DNA from: Eledone cirrhosa | Lineage: Eukaryota | Length of the DNA: 64,000 nucleotides | Reading direction: 5' to 3' | Assembly (NCBI GenBank): GCA_964016885.1 | Contig: OZ024741.1 | Location: 79,112,001-79,176,000 of the forward strand | Part shown: in pieces, positions 39,996 to 52,471 of the stretch | Position numbering within the stretch: the stretch's first letter is position 1 | Layout of the letters: the number at the start of each line of letters is the position of its first letter | Position numbers and translations under genes: made by a program | Notes under the pieces: model-generated | Told to the model about the DNA's origin: nothing | The model's input: only the letters and a program-made list of their open reading frames with translations | Database searches by the model: none

Positions 39996-40789
39996 ACCCC
40001 CAGTTATGGCCTCTCACAACGCCCCTTCCCCTGTAGGTCCCCTACACCCCGTACCAATGACCAATGGGAAACAACACCCACCCATAGTTTGTAGTCCCTA
40101 CGGTGGATTGTCCACTGGATCCTCTACTGATTAGGAGTCAGCAAAATCACGTTTATTGAACCTGAGGACCCCCCCCGGGAGTAGCCCACACAGGAAGAAC
40201 AATTATCCTAAGGTACTAACCCTATACGCATGAATGCATGCCCGCAATGGTGCGTTGTGTGTATATACTGGGATTATGTGAATGTACACACTGATGCGAA
40301 CGCAACGAAATACTAATACCCCAGGTTGCATTTGAAAAATGTTCGAGTGTATGCTTAGGAGTATATTTGTATATGCTCTCTTGTATGAGTGCACATGTGT
40401 ATATAGACATACACACGCATCCAGAGGTATACATGTGTGGGTGGGTGCGTGTACCTATATATGTCTGTACTAAGGGATTCGCCTAAGCTTCAAAGCCCCC
40501 AAGCTATTGCTGTAAAGATATATATCACACTCTACTTTTGTCTAGTCTAAACAATAACTTTTCAAAACACCCACTTTACTTTTCTTTAAAAATAACACCC
40601 ACCTCGTTTTATGTCTGCCATATACTTGGATTTGGGGGCCTCTGTTGTATATATATATATATGCACTTGTGCGTACATACATATATATATACACACCTGT
40701 ATTGATTTGTGTGTGTAGATGTGTGTGTGTGTGTCTGTGGAGGTAGGTGTGAGTGTATGTACAAGTCAACCAACATAAGTAATTTAATA

Positions 40790-41263
40790 TGTAAACATTC
40801 TAGTATTAGACTCTAACCATAATTTTCAGTAGTACCACCCCACATAAATTCCTCAATTTAAGAATGACCTGTAGTATCGAATTTCATACTATAAACCTCA
40901 ATTGAATATATATCTCACCAGGAATGCTTTTTGTGAAAATCAATCATATGGAACTATTGTCATCTTGCCTGACGGTTTGAACTTTACAACACTACCTGCC
41001 TCTTTGAGGTCAAATACCAACCCTACTAGCATCTACAAACTGACCAATGAGAATTAAGACTATTCCTGCTGACAACATTAAATTATTCCTAACAAGCTCA
41101 TATGTCCCAAGGCTCTGATACCATAAACACCAAGAACACAGAGCTGGCATATCTAAGAACTGACTAACTGCCTGATGAGGTCATAGTCATTCAATGGCTA
41201 TCATCGAAATATATATAGCAGTAAATAAAGGATTATGAGTTCATGCAATTGACTTATGTTTCG

Positions 41264-41268
<5 letters not shown>
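40790..41268 (+). mobile_element. 3' end of a Penelope-like element; its last 165 bp are repeated at 41464-41628
   Basis: LPDGLN-like GIY-YIG terminus near 40965, hammerhead, AATAAA, (TA)n. Confidence 0.6.
41167..41222 (+). ncRNA. Type I hammerhead ribozyme (AUA triplet)
   Basis: ACTGC-CTGATGA-GGTcATAGTCATTcAATGGCTATcATC-GAAA-TATATA-TA-GCAGT. Confidence 0.8.
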
Positions 41269-41302
<34 letters not shown>

Positions 41303-41304
41303 CA

Positions 41305-41449
<145 letters not shown>

Positions 41450-41525
41450 AATATATATATATAGTCCCAAGCTCTGATACCATCAACACCATAAACACAG
41501 AGCTGGCATATCTAAGAACTGACTA

Positions 41526-41581
41526 ACTGCCTGATGAGGTCATAGCCATTCAATGGCTATCATCGAAATATATATAGCAGT
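41526..41581 (+). ncRNA. Second copy of the same hammerhead
   Basis: Identical except a U-G to C-G change in stem II. Confidence 0.8.
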
Positions 41582-41642
41582 ACATAAAGGATTATGAGTT
41601 CATGCAATTGACTTATGTTTCGTCACCATATATATATATATA

Positions 41643-44600
41643 TTAATTTCAAGAACGTCAGTATTCCGTGTGTAATAATTCTCGATTATCATTGGTTCAT
41701 AGGTTTCAAACGACTCCGCCCACCTCAATGACGCCAAACTGAAATTAATATGCATAATGCCAATGAGGGAGTGAGAGGGGAGAGTGTGAACGCTGTGTTC
41801 AATAACTATTAACATGTGTGCGTGTGTATGTACGTGCGCGTATATTTATGTGTGTGTGCGTGCGTGCAGCGTTCCACAGAAAGTAAAAACTATCAACATG
41901 TGTGAGTGTGTGCGTGTGTAAGTTTACGTGCGTGTGCGCGTTTCCATGCGTGTATGTGTGTGGAGTTCCACAATCGCCACGCAATTTATTTGTCTGTGTG
42001 CCTGTCTGTCAGTCTAACATACACAGAGTTGTGAAGGGAGTAAATAGGGACCTTTCTTTACATTGACGGACATCTTTTATATTTATTATTGTGTCATTTT
42101 TTGACAATTGCTCGAAATGAATACTGATAATAAAAGTAATTCGACTTTATCAAACAGTGAACTACAGCGGCGACGGCGTGCAGCCAGCAATGAAGAAAAA
42201 CGGGCCGAACAGCGCCATCGGAACGCCGAACTTCAGAGGCGAAGACGTACCGCCATGAATGAAGAGGAGCTGGCTGAACAACGCCAACGAAACACTGGAG
42301 CCAAGCAGCGACGCCGTGCTGCAATGGTTGAAGACGAACTCGCTGAGCATCATCAGCAGATGGCCAGAATTCAGCTGCAACGTGAAGAGGAGCTGGCTGA
42401 ACAGCGCCAGCGCAATAAGAAATTCAGAGAATGTGTCGCCAAAGTGCTCCTCATTCCAGTAAAGCGGCTAGAAGGCGAAGGAATGATATTAAAAATGGAT
42501 CATGGCAACCGTGTCATTTTCAGATTGGTGGACGAGCAGAGTGTCCACATTGCGGAGCATTGCTTTGGAGGCACGAAAAGACGTGGACCACAATGTGCTG
42601 TCATAAAGGAGCAGTTCAACTAGAACCCTTGCGAATGCCGGATGATGAGGATTCACCGGAGTTTAAAATACTAAGTATGTGGGGTGATCAAGGAGACCGA
42701 GGTAGATTACTGCGCAAATATTCGCGGCAAATTAACAATTCATTAGCTTTAGCATTGCAGAGAGTTAGTGAGATGTTTGAGAGTGGAGCATGGCAACCGA
42801 ATGTAGTCATTCAAGGCTGTTTGTATCATTGTATCGGTAATTTAGAAGTTACCCCAGGAGAAAGGCCTCGATTCGCTCAAATTTACGTTAACGATCCAGA
42901 TTATAGTGAATCGGAGGAGGATATCAGGATCGGTTGAATGAAGTTGCCGGGAAATATAACTGAACTTGAACGGCAAAGGCTAAGTGATTTGATCCGTGAT
43001 TTGCAATCATGGCGTAGACAGTGTAATCCTTATGTTATGGATTTCATGTTGGTGGCTGAACTTCAAAATGTTCAGCAGCAAACATTGGTGATTAAGGCTG
43101 ACGCAGTGCCAAGGAATCAATACGAACGGCGATATAATGCCCCTGAAGGATTTCGTGAAGTTGCTGTGTTGATTGACGATAAGCCTGGATCGAGAGATAT
43201 CGTCCTCAATCGCAGAGATGGTGGTCTCAAGACTATCAATGAGTCAAATAGGGCATACGATCCATTGCATTATGTTCTTTTATTCCCAAAAGGGGAAAAT
43301 GGATGGAACATGTCTGTTCATTTAGATGATCATGAGAATCAGCATCAACAGGGAGGTGGCAATAGACACAATAATTCGATTCGCGACTTTTACGCGTTCC
43401 ATTTGAACGAGAGGAATCAACAGAGAAATGCGCTATTTCAAGCCAGCAGATTGTTCCCGGAATACTGTTGTATGGCATTCGCAAAGATCGAAAATCAAAG
43501 GCTAACTTATATTGCTATACATCAGCAACATATCAGAGCGGAATTGTATAATAATATACAGGATACGATAACAGCCGATGATGCCAATTACAAGCAAATT
43601 GGTCGACGCATCATTTTGCCATCGTCGTTCACCGGCGGCCCGAGATATATGAACATTCGCTATCAGGATGCAATGGCTATTGTCAGAAAGTTTGGAAAGC
43701 CAGATTTGTTTATAACGGTTACATGCAATTCTGAATGGACTGATATTAAGGATGCACTTTTGCCAGGACAACAGCCAAAGGACCTTCCTGATATTGTGGC
43801 AAGAGTATTCAAAAGATATCTGAAAAAGATAATGGATGATGTGGAAAAAGAGGGAATCTTTGGAGGTATAGTTGCTTTTACATACGTAATTGAATTCCAA
43901 AAAAGAGGATTGCCACATGCACATTTGCTGATCATTTTACATAGAGATTGCAAATTGAGATGTGCTGAGGATGTCGACAGCATTGTGTGTGCTGAACTGC
44001 CGGAGAATGAGGCATACGCAACTTGGTGGCAAAGTCAATGGTGCACAACCAATGCGGAGTGGCAAATCGGAAAGCGCCTTGCATGAAAAATGGCCAATGC
44101 AGTAAGCACTTTCCGAAATCTTTTGTCACGAACACTTCCTGGAACGATGGGGATGCTCATCCCTCATACAGAAGACGGTCACCTGCAGATGGCGGTTTGG
44201 TAGAAAATGTAAACGGTCGACAGATTACAAATCAATGGGTTATGCCATACAATCCATATTTGATTATGGAATATCGTTGTCATATTAATGTGGAAATTTG
44301 TAGCTCAGTGAAAGCTTGCAAATATGTATTCAAATATGTTTACAAAGGTCATGATCGGGCAATGATCAATGTCAGGAACGAGGAAGCGAACCAAGGAGTT
44401 GAAGTTGGCAGGTTCCAGGATGTTCGCTCGATTGGATCTAGCGAAGCTTACTGGAGATTGTTCGATTTTCATCTCAATGAACGCAAACCCAGCGTTCAGA
44501 AACTGACGGTTCACTTAGAGAATAGGCAAATGCTCTGTTTTCAGGACACTAGAAGAGGTGTCGAAAGAATTGCTAACGCACCACCTCCTAAGACGGAATT

Positions 44601-46924
44601 GACTGAGTGGTTCAAGCATAATAGGGAACATGCTTTGAACCCGGATCAAAGGCAACTCTACTGCGATTTCCCTTCGCACTATACGTGGGATAAGAAGGGA
44701 ACGAAATGGAATGATAGTAAACTAAAGTTGAGATTCATGACTATTGGACGGGTTTGTAATGTCCATCCAGCATCTGGTGATGTGTTTTATCTCCGAATTC
44801 TGTTGCATAATGATTTTTCGAGAGATAAACAGAGCTTCGCTGATTTGAAAACATTCAATGGCGTGGAATATGAAACATACCAGGCTGTGTGTCAGCATCT
44901 GGGATTCCTTCAGGATGACGCTGAATGGAAGAACGCCATGGAAGCTGCAGGAACAACACAGATCCCAGCTCAAATAAGGCAGTTGTTTGTCACGATTCTA
45001 GGATTCTGCAATCCTGCCGATCCAAGAGACTTATTTGAACGCCATTGGGGAATTATGGCTGATGATTTTAGGCATCATCTTCAGGTCGATGATAAAAATT
45101 TGATGAAAGCTATTGTTTTGCTCAATATTAAGCAACTGCTTGAAGTTCATTTCAAATGTTTAACAGATTTCAATTTGCCAATTCCTGATGAAGAAATGTG
45201 GCAACGTGTCTTAGCATTGAACATGAGATTGCAGCTTAGACGGTTGCCACTCGATCGGAGGGAACTATTCCAGTTTGATCCACTGGAACAGCAACGTATT
45301 GTGGATGAACGTATGCCAATGTTGACCCAATCTCAGAGAGAATTGGTCGATGGCGTTCTCCACTTGATTTCCACTAATGAGCAACTTTGTGCTTTCATAG
45401 ATGCTCCAGGAGGCACCGGAAAGACATTCTGTTTCAACACTATGTTATCGACAGTCAGAGCTCAGAGGAAGATTGCTCTCCCTGTGGCCACCAGTGGGAT
45501 CGCTGCCACTTTGCTGAGTGGTGGAAGGACCTTCCACTCATGCTTCAAGGCTCCATTGGCTCCGGATGAGTGAACTCGCGAGCCTTATACGCAATACGTC
45601 TCTGATTATTTGGGACGAGGCTCCAATGGCACACAGATATTCGCTGGAGGCATTGGACAGAACTTTGAGAGTTATCTGCGGTAGTGACCTGCCATTCGGT
45701 GATAGACTATCGTTCTTGGTGGTGATTTCAGACAGGTGCTACCAATTGTTAGGAATGCTCAAAGAGCGCAAATTGTCGATGCATATCTGAAAAAGTCCCC
45801 GTTGTGGCGCCATTTCAGAGTTTTGCGATTACACGATAATATGCGACTTCGTATGTTCGGGCAAAACGAAGAGGCTGAGACATACGGCCGATGGTTGATG
45901 CAGTTGGGAAACGATGAATTGCCACACGTTGGTGATAATCAGACTGTAAGAATCCCAGACCATTTGGTCATGCCACTGGACCGCCAAGTATTGATTGACT
46001 GGGTGTTCCCTAATTTGAATGCTTTTTGGCAGAATATCTCCTGGATATCGAAACGCGTTATTCTAACTCATACGAATGCAACGGTTGATGAAATAAATTC
46101 ACAAGTAGCCGGAATGTTTCCTGGAGAGGAATGGTTGACCGTCAGTGCGGATGCAATGGAGCCTAATCAGTAGAACAATATGGATGTTCCGACTGAGTAT
46201 CTGAATTCACTTCAAATACCCGGATTTCCCCCACATATTTTGAGGTTGAAAAAGGGTATGCCGATTATATTGCTTAGAAATATCAATCATAAAATGGGTC
46301 TTTGCAATGGTACCAGATTGATTGTTGAGAGATTGATTAACGGAAGAGTTTTAGAAGCTTAACTCCCAGGCAGAGAGGAATCGGTTCTCATTCCGAGGAT
46401 CATGCTGAGACCAAGTGAATATCTGCTGCCATTCATTTAGCAAAGGAGACAGTTTCCCGTCAATTTGGCCTTCTCCATGACTGTCAACAAGGTACAGGGA
46501 CAGACTTTCAAGCGAGTCGGTGTCTACTTGAATGATCCAGCATTCAGCCATGGGCAACAGTATGTTTCTGCATCTCGAGTGTGCGATCCTGACGGTATAA
46601 AATTTGCAATTGATACCACTAACAGAGGAACAACCCTGAATATTGTCTATAATGAAGCTTTGAGCTGATGTATGCATATCTTTAATGCTATCAATAAACG
46701 ACGTAAATGATTCGGACATTGGTGTCCTCTTATCAGTATTGTGAGCTTTGACAGAGTTATCATTTATGTTCAATGTCATTTAATGTCGATAATGAGCAAT
46801 AAAAACCAACAAGTATTGGTAGAAATTGCCTTCAAATGTATCGCTTCTAATTGCAGTGGTAATAAAACCTCATCATATGCTGAGTCTGGCAAAAAGTGTG
46901 GTGCCTATGGCCGGCCAGGGCTAG
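41643..46924 (+). mobile_element. Decayed autonomous Helitron
   Basis: RepHel coding remnants; candidate 3' end with palindrome tggccggcca then CTAG at 46921-46924. Boundaries are uncertain. Confidence 0.8.
42117..46668 (+). pseudogene. Helitron RepHel (HUH endonuclease + Pif1 helicase) with stops, frameshifts and an internal deletion
   Basis: [112 protein letters not shown]. Confidence 0.95.
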
Positions 46925-47221
46925 AGTAATATTGAAAAACGATTCTATTTTTGAAGTAGAAGGATCCGCCAATTGGAGTTCAAACCAGGCCACTTCCCCG
47001 AGTTGAACTCTGGGCAATATTGACTGTCTATTACTCAGTGGCTAAGAGCCTGGAAATTACTGAATAAATTTTTGTGTCATATAATTTGTTGTTTTATTAT
47101 TATAGCTGACCACTTATAGATAAGCATGTTATCCATATCCATATTAATTTGGCATTTGTATAAAGCATTTCAAGTAAATAGGGACCTTTTTTACATTGAC
47201 GGACATCTTTTATATTAATTA

Positions 47222-47580
47222 TCTATATCTATATCTACATATAATATAAAAGATTGGAACTTCCATCATCCTTTTGAGAAACGTGGAACAACCACGTCTA
47301 TGCAATGATACACGTTTTACAGTCAGGCAGAAGATGAACCATCTCCTAGAGGTCACTATTCTAGGTGGGAGCACCTAGAATTGTTCATATACTACGCACA
47401 CCAGGTACAACGAAGAATCTGGTATATCTGGAAGATTTTTTTTACTGTTTTTGGTATCACACAGACACCACGGACTCGCCTCATACTGTAACCAGACAAA
47501 CATCCAATACAGTCATTTTCTATTTTACCTGTCTTCTCTCATCATCTGTTTACCCGGGCTAAGCTGGGTACGTCAGCTAG
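47222..47580 (+). mobile_element. Short non-autonomous Helitron
   Basis: Begins A|TCTATATCTATATCTAC..ATAAAAG and ends with hairpin acccggg-ctaag-ctgggt then CTAG|T. Confidence 0.65.
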
Positions 47581-47589
47581 TTTATATAT

Positions 47590-47636
<47 letters not shown>

Positions 47637-47699
47637 AAAAAGAGAAATAGGACGAAGGTAAACAGTTACAAAAGGATTTAATCCACGTATTTAATCCAA

Positions 47700-47742
<43 letters not shown>

Positions 47743-47751
<9 letters not shown>

Positions 47752-48740
47752 CGTAAAAGAAGAAAATTTAAAAAAATTAAAAAAAAATTAACTTACTTAC
47801 TAAAATTTTCACTCCAACTAATTAGTTTCTGCAATGGGATAAAGACAGTTACGTAATTTAACTGTCGAGAATTCATTGCGTCATCAGGGAGAGTCCCCAG
47901 TGTCCGCGCATTGCCTGGAGACTTAGCTGAGAATTGACTCCCTGATGACGCAATGAATTCTCGACAGTTAAATTACGAAACTGTCTTTATCCCATTGCAG
48001 AAACTAATTAGTTGGAGTGAAAATTTTAGTAAGTAAGTTAATTTAAAAAAAATTTTTTAAATTTTCTTATTTTACGTCTTTTATATTATTGTTCTGCATC
48101 CTCCTGCATTGAACCACCTAGGTACTATGACATAACCTGTGTATTTGCTAGCATTAGCGTACATCTGTACGCATATGTTAGTAGATATACTAAATTCTCT
48201 ATATTTATCTCCAAATTACTTATTTGTTGAGCAAACCTGCCAAAACCACTACTAATTTATTGGTGTGATAGTAGGCTTCTGTCATCTTACCATCCCACTC
48301 CTACCGACTAGCCTCAGTGTCACGTGATTGATTCTTTAGAATCAGCCACTTGACCAGAGACAGCGAGCTTTTCAGTGCATGGAATCCAGTCCCCGCTAGC
48401 TGTTCCATCTACTGAATTATTATTATTTTTATATGAGTCCCCAGTGTCCGCGCATTGCCTGGAGACTTAGCTGAGAATTGACTCCCCGATGACGCAATGA
48501 ATTCTCGACAGTTAAATTACGTAACTGTCTTTATCCCATTGCAGAAACTAATTAGTTGGAGTGAAAATTTTAGTAAGTTAATTTTTTTAAATTTTTTTAA
48601 ATTTTCTTATTTTACGTCTTTTATATTATTGTTCTGCATCCTCCTGCATTGAACCACCTAGGTACTATAACATAACCTGTGTATTTGCTAGCATTAGCGT
48701 ACACCTGTACGCATATGTTAGTAGATATACTAAATTCTCT
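47743..48740. mobile_element. Retrozyme-like / pseudo-LTR module: inverted arm (47743-47890) plus two direct repeats of about 310 bp (47891-48200, 48435-48740)
   Basis: Three hammerhead copies; (TA)n flanks; no ORF. Confidence 0.75.
47937..48018 (+). ncRNA. Type I hammerhead with extended stem II (GUU triplet); mirror at about 47811-47891, U4C copy at 48481-48562
   Basis: ACTCC-CTGATGA-cGCAATG..CATTGCa-GAAA-CTAATTAG-TT-GGAGT. Confidence 0.8.
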
Positions 48741-48760
48741 CTCTCTATATATATATATAG

Positions 48761-48965
48761 TTTTAATATAGATGAGATTCTACAGGACTAGAACTGTTTC
48801 ATTCTTTAGAAATCATCAGGAATCTGATTCCTGATGATTTCTAAAGAATGAAACAGTTCTAGTCCTGTAGAATCTCATCTATATTAAAAATGTTATACTC
48901 TGCAATGTATTGAGTACCTTACTTACTGTGGTTACCTCCGATTCATCCCGGAATAACGTACCTTT
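48761..48965. mobile_element. Perfect 129-bp palindrome (48761-48889) with two back-to-back hammerheads plus a short tail
   Basis: Centre gaatc-t-gattc at 48825; (TA)n flanks. Confidence 0.75.
48826..48874 (+). ncRNA. Type I hammerhead (GUA triplet); mirror at 48776-48824
   Basis: GATTC-CTGATGA-tTTC taaa GAAt-GAAA-CAG..CTG-TA-GAATC. Confidence 0.8.
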
Positions 48966-49137
48966 ATATATATATATATATATGATAGGGATAAACACTG
49001 ATACGAGTATACATGTGTTCGTATTGCAAATGACCAAGTTACACGGCTCGGATATATTCCTTTCTTTGAGCTAATTAATTGTAAAAGACTATTTGAGTTT
49101 ATAACTCTATATATAATATTCTCGGCTCCATGCGTTG

Positions 49138-49526
49138 AGTATTTACGTATCGAGAGAGAGAAAAAAAGGGGAGGATAGGTGATACATATAGTTATTTGCC
49201 AAGTAGCGTATGCCAAAGGTGCTCGATACTAGTGCCGGCAGTATTAAATGTTCGAAGTGTTAATATTTAGTGGGCTAGAGAGTTAGCAGAGCGTAAGCAC
49301 GTGGGAAAGTAAGAAATCGGAGAATAGACCGTTAAAACATGTTTCTCCGATTTCTTACTTTCCCACGTGCTTACGCTCTGCTAACTCTATAGCCCACTAA
49401 ATATTAACACTTCGAATATTTAATACTGCCGGCACTAGTATCGAGCACCTTTGGCATACGCTACTTAGCAAATAACTATATGTATCACCTATCCTCCCCT
49501 TTTTTCTCTCTCTCGATACGTAAATA

Positions 49527-49529
<3 letters not shown>
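49138..49529. repeat. Inverted repeat with arms of about 185 bp and a spacer of about 20 bp, inside a (TA)n-bounded element (48983-49529)
   Basis: agtatttacgtatcgagag..gtaagaaatcggaga / tctccgatttcttac..ctcgatacgtaaatact. Confidence 0.88.
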
Positions 49530-49595
<66 letters not shown>

Positions 49596-49626
49596 GTAGG
49601 AGGTGAGTTTTATTGTAGTACAATAA

Positions 49627-50463
49627 AGCAATAACAATATTCCTAAATTATTTTTTAGTGCCTTAAATAAATGCTTCCCCCCCTCACATATCTATAGTAA
49701 AATATTTAACAAACACACCATCAAATTTTCGTATTCTACATCCTCCAATATTTCCAACATCATCTCTAAACACAACAACAAAATATTAAATACTAAATCT
49801 CTTCCTTCCAATATTGAATTTCATAATAACAGTAATAGTACTCCCGACGTCATTGTAAACCCTAGGCTAACTTCTGTAAACCCAAATACAACGTCAAACA
49901 CAACTTCGCTAAATGTTCATAATCCAACTCTAAATCAAGAAACTATTATTCCTATTATTCCTATCGCAAACAACTTCTCCAATCCAATTCCTTCTATAGA
50001 TAACACTAGATCACTCATTAATAATCTCTCTAATTGCAACTGCCGCATTAAAAATAAATGTCCTCTCAACAACCATTGCCTCGATAAAAACTTAATTTAT
50101 GAATGTAAAATTATAACTAGCACCAATTCCTTCACCTATTTTGGCTCCACTTCCACCTCTTTTAAAGCTCGTCTCTATAATCATCATTCATCTTTCAAAT
50201 ACAAACTTAAAAGAACTAACACTGCTCTCTCAGAACTCATATGGTCCTTAAAAGACAAAAACATTAAATATAACATCTTTTGGAAAAAGATTTCTTCTGC
50301 ATCCTCATACTTGAACAGCTCTCTATCTAAAATCTGTAATCTCTGCCTAAATGAAAAATTTACCATTATCTCTAACCTAGAATCTATAATAAATAGACGC
50401 TCAGATTTGTTTTCTATCTGCCTGCATAAATTCCATAGAACTTTTCACAAAGTATACAGTTAA
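49627..50463 (+). pseudogene. Naiad-type Penelope-like RT thumb, linker and GIY-YIG (5'-truncated, stop-free, no Met, so absent from the ORF track); element about 49593-51565
   Basis: My translation: NIPKLFFSALNKCFPPSHIYSKIFNKHTIKFSYS..ISKHNNKIL..CNCRIKNKCPLNNHCLDKNLIYEC..YFGSTSTSFKARLYNHHSSF..TALSELIWSLK..CNLCLNEK..INRRSDLFSICLH. Confidence 0.85.
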
Positions 50464-51460
50464 TATTCAATTCTTTATCAATTTAGAATCTTTTCTCAAA
50501 GGCACATATACATACACCTCTTTAAAATATACCCATCTACCTTACTTTAAAGGGCATTATACACTCTATAATACTCGTTTACTCATTACCCTCATTCTAT
50601 CTTCTCATAAAATAATAACATTTGTTTTTGACATTTTGAATATTCATCCGCAATCATTATTATTTTTTCTCTCTATCATAAATCTTTTTAATCTCAATTT
50701 CATCCTTAATTTATTATTATTTTTTTCTCCCCATCAACGAACTCATTATTAATACATATCAATTCAATATACAAACTTTAACTTCACATTATTTTTCTCA
50801 AATCCTTCTACACACAAACCTTAACAATTTTTCTCTTCGCTAATTTTGAAATTGCCACAATACATACATTTCTTCTTTTGACGTTAGAATATTCACCCAC
50901 AATTATTATTATTATTATTTTTTTTTTTTTCTCTATCTTCATGCATAATTTCCCTTCGTTAATTTTCAAATTCCTTTAATTTATACATTATCTTCCAACG
51001 GTTCCCAACCTCTCTATATTAAAACAATATATCTTTTTCTCAGTTATAAAAACTATCTCTTTCTCTCTATCACCCATCTCTCCCTCTCCACCTTCACTCT
51101 CATCTCCTCCCCCCTTTTTTTCATCCTTTCCACCCCCCCCCCCTCCCTAAATAAAATATTTTTTCCTCGCACATATCCTCCCTTCGTTAATTTTCAAAAT
51201 TTTTAATTTATACAGTATCTTCCAACGGTTTTCAACCCCTCTATGTAAAAAATATATCTCCTCTCAGTTATAAAAACTATCTCTTTCTCTCTATCACCCA
51301 TCTCTCCCTCTCATCTCCTTCCCTTTTCATCCTCCCCCCCCTCTCTAAATAAAATATTTTTCCCAATATCACACATCAATCTAAAACCACTTTTCATATG
51401 TTGATTTAAAACTGCACTATCAACAAGTGTTTTTTTTAGCCTTCATATCATGTTCTCCTG

Positions 51461-51527
51461 TTTTATCTGATGAAAACACAAATATTATTGCTTGATGATG
51501 TTTGTTTTTGAAATGCGCATAATAAAA
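51461..51527 (+). ncRNA. Type I hammerhead (AUA triplet) at the Naiad 3' end
   Basis: TTTTAT-CTGATGA-long stem II-GAAA-TGCGCA-TA-ATAAAA. Confidence 0.8.
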
Positions 51528-51558
51528 TATATGGAACTCCTTTAACCATCTTTTGATC

Positions 51559-51654
<96 letters not shown>

Positions 51655-51679
51655 GTTCCACAACAGTTAGTTCACCATA

Positions 51680-51720
51680 CCGAGAATAATTGTTTCACCT
51701 TATGCGGATCTTCAGCTCGG
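51680..51720 (-). ncRNA. Minimal hammerhead motif with one stem III mismatch
   Basis: Minus strand: CCGAG-CTGAAGA-tCC gcataa GGt-GAAA-CAATTA-TT-CTCGG. Confidence 0.6.
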
Positions 51721-51816
51721 ACTGGTAATGGTCATACGGAACAGGAATGCTCTACCACTACGGATATTACCTTTCAGTGTTCTACCTTTATATACACACA
51801 CATATATATATATATA

Positions 51817-52019
51817 TAGGAACGAGTAGGACCCCGACGGCTGATCTCAAGCCGCCCCAACGGCTAAATCTGGACTAAAAAAAGTCCAGAGTTAGCCGTC
51901 GGGGCAGCTTGAGCTCAGCTGTCGGGGCCCTACTCGTTCCTATCACCCACTCTACTAACCTAAGTATTGAGTACTTTGGTGCGTTATGGTCCATCTGATT
52001 CCTTACCACATTTCCTTAG

Positions 52020-52020
<1 letters not shown>
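51817..52020. mobile_element. Hairpin pseudo-LTR remnant related to 20883-21363
   Basis: Imperfect palindrome 51817-51943; shared terminus ccttaccacatttcctt. Confidence 0.6.
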
Positions 52021-52058
<38 letters not shown>

Positions 52059-52149
52059 TTAGTTAAGCAAAACAAGACCACAAATTTCACAAGGAAGACA
52101 TTATTAGAAGATTGTCAACATAGTTTCAGTTTGATGTAAGGAATGTAGA

Positions 52150-52150
<1 letters not shown>

Positions 52151-52212
<62 letters not shown>

Positions 52213-52228
52213 TAATAATAATAATAAT
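52151..52228. repeat. (AAT)n
   Basis: Direct reading. Confidence 0.95.
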
Positions 52229-52471
52229 GTTTTCTTTATTAACCACAAGGGTTCACATAAAGTAGACATTAAGGACAGTACAGGACAATACAGGACGGTA
52301 CAAATGGGCATTTCTGCGTGTAAAAAAACAGAGGTTGAAATAAAATAACAAAGAAAAATTCCCCAATAGGGGGGAGACTTCCAAGGGACATTTGTGGAGA
52401 AAGCCCATTAAAAGACCACAGTGGCCCTGACCACCAGGGCAAGTGCCCTCTCCCAGTTTTCCACCTTTAAT

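Noticed and set aside
40155-40200. CTGAGGA after the Naiad ORF as a hammerhead
   Set aside because: GAAA and stem III are not recoverable; at best a decayed remnant.
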